A DNA stretch of 64,000 nt from Bacteroidales bacterium (GTDB taxonomy: Bacteria > Bacteroidota > Bacteroidia > Bacteroidales > UBA932): positions 7,065 through 71,064 of the forward strand of contig JAGCVW010000003.1 in the NCBI GenBank assembly GCA_017962165.1, written 5' to 3'. Below the pieces are notes generated by a model. That model saw only the letters and a list, made by a program, of their open reading frames with translations, did not search any database and had not been told where the DNA came from. Each line of letters opens with the position of its first letter. Position 1 is the first letter of the stretch. Made by a program: the position numbers and the translations under genes. This document shows, piece by piece, positions 62,764 to 64,000 of this stretch.

Positions 62764-64000
62764 ATGAATCTTAAAACTATCGCTATGGTTCTGGCTACTG
62801 CGGCCCTCGCCGCCTCCTGCGCAGATCAAAAAGGGGAAAAAGTCCCTGCCTTCAATCTCGAAAACCTCGACACTTCAGTCGCGCCCGGCGCGGATTTCTA
62901 TCAGTACGCTACAGGCGGCTGGCAGAAAAACAACCCGCTAAGGCCCGAGTTCTCCCGCTACGGCTCCTTCGATGTGCTGAGCGAGAACAATGAAGTCCGC
63001 CTGAATGAAATATTCCAAAGCCTGACTACCCTCAAGACGAAGCCGGGCTCCGACGAGCAGAAGCTTGCGGACCTCTACACCCAGGGCCTCGATTCTCTGA
63101 GGCTCAATGCCGAAGGCGCGGCTCCGATTCAGAAATACATCGCCGAGCTTGATGCAGTAGTGGACGCGGAGAGTTTCGCCGCCGCCACCGGCCGCCTCAT
63201 GAAAGAGGGCGTCGGCAGCCTGTACGGAGGCTATGTGACCGCCGATATGATGGACTGCAATACGAACATCCTCTATATCGGGGAAAGCGGCCTTGCCATG
63301 CGCAACCGCGACTATTACCTCCTGCCCGAGCACAAGGCCCTGCGCGAGGGCTACAAGGCCTTCCTCGTAAAGGTCCTCACCCTCGCGGGCGTAGCTGAGC
63401 CCGAGACCGTGGCCCAGGATGCATTTGACCTGCAGATGAAGATAGCTGTCCCTTATTGGTCCATGGTCCAGCAAAGGGATGTCGCCGCCCAGTACAACCC
63501 GATGAGCTCGGAGCAGGTCTTCGCCCTCTACCCGAACCTCCATATCGACGCCGCGTTCGCCGAAATCGGCATCCCGGCTCAGGAGAAGATGGTGGTCGAG
63601 ACCCCTTCGTATTTCGAGGCTCTCAACAAGATGATGCCGGAGATCCCCGCGCGCCAGCTTAAGAACTATCTTGTAGCCAACCTGGTAAGCGATGCCTGCG
63701 GAGCGCTCAGCGACGACTTTACCGACGCTTCGTTCGAGTTCTTCTCCAGGCAGATGTCCGGCGTCCAGCAGCAGAAGCCCCGCTGGAAGAGGGCCATGCA
63801 GGCTCCGAACATGATCCTGGGCGAGGCCATCGGCAAGATCTACGTGAAGAAGTACTTCTCCGACAAGGACAAGAAGCGCATGCTTACCCTCGTACGCAAC
63901 CTCCAGACCGCCCTGTCCGAGCACATCGCCGGCCTCGACTGGATGAGCGACGAGACCAGGGCAAAGGCCCAGGAGAAGCTCTCCGCCTTCACCGTGAAGA
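62764..64000 (+). CDS. M13 family metallopeptidase lipoprotein (PepO-like; runs off window)
   Basis: Not in ORF track; manual translation MNLKTIAMVLATAALAASC…DTSVAPGADFYQYATGGW…DWMSDETRAKAQEKL. Confidence 0.88.
   Translation, partial: MNLKTIAMVLATAALAASCADQKGEKVPAFNLENLDTSVAPGADFYQYATGGWQKNNPLRPEFSRYGSFDVLSENNEVRLNEIFQSLTTLKTKPGSDEQKLADLYTQGLDSLRLNAEGAAPIQKYIAELDAVVDAESFAAATGRLMKEGVGSLYGGYVTADMMDCNTNILYIGESGLAMRNRDYYLLPEHKALREGYKAFLVKVLTLAGVAEPETVAQDAFDLQMKIAVPYWSMVQQRDVAAQYNPMSSEQVFALYPNLHIDAAFAEIGIPAQEKMVVETPSYFEALNKMMPEIPARQLKNYLVANLVSDACGALSDDFTDASFEFFSRQMSGVQQQKPRWKRAMQAPNMILGEAIGKIYVKKYFSDKDKKRMLTLVRNLQTALSEHIAGLDWMSDETRAKAQEKLSAFTVK

Overview
GC-rich, densely packed core-genome segment of a Bacteroidales bacterium. 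The assignment rests on TAnnTTTG -7 promoters, AT-rich SD-less starts and the gene set; a Rikenellaceae/RC9-like lineage is my inference. It holds about 60 mostly housekeeping genes (rplU, rpmA, serS, ruvC, lnt, coaD, ung, lon, HU, rng, alr, ftsK, ackA, prfA, gyrA, leuS, dnaK, fba, gmk, nadD and others). I found no rRNA, tRNA, CRISPR, transposase or prophage. Most notable: (1) a dispersed, structured intergenic repeat with a constant core (…GCGACCCTAGTCCGGGAAAAT) and covarying inner stem, wrapped in unrelated long inverted repeats (3 full copies plus 1 partial); (2) an orphan RiPP-like cassette (HPrK-like kinase, S24/S26 peptidase, PqqD/RRE, ABC transporter) translationally coupled into the ftsK-lolA operon with no precursor nearby; (3) a SPOR lipoprotein with a 92-aa, 30-Cys metallothionein-like insert built by tandem repeats; (4) a shared TGTCA-N12/13-TGGCAC sigma54-like motif upstream of dnaK and lon; (5) many apparently leaderless genes; (6) a stand-alone Clp N-domain gene divergent from gyrA. 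All calls come from reading motifs by eye; no database searches were run.
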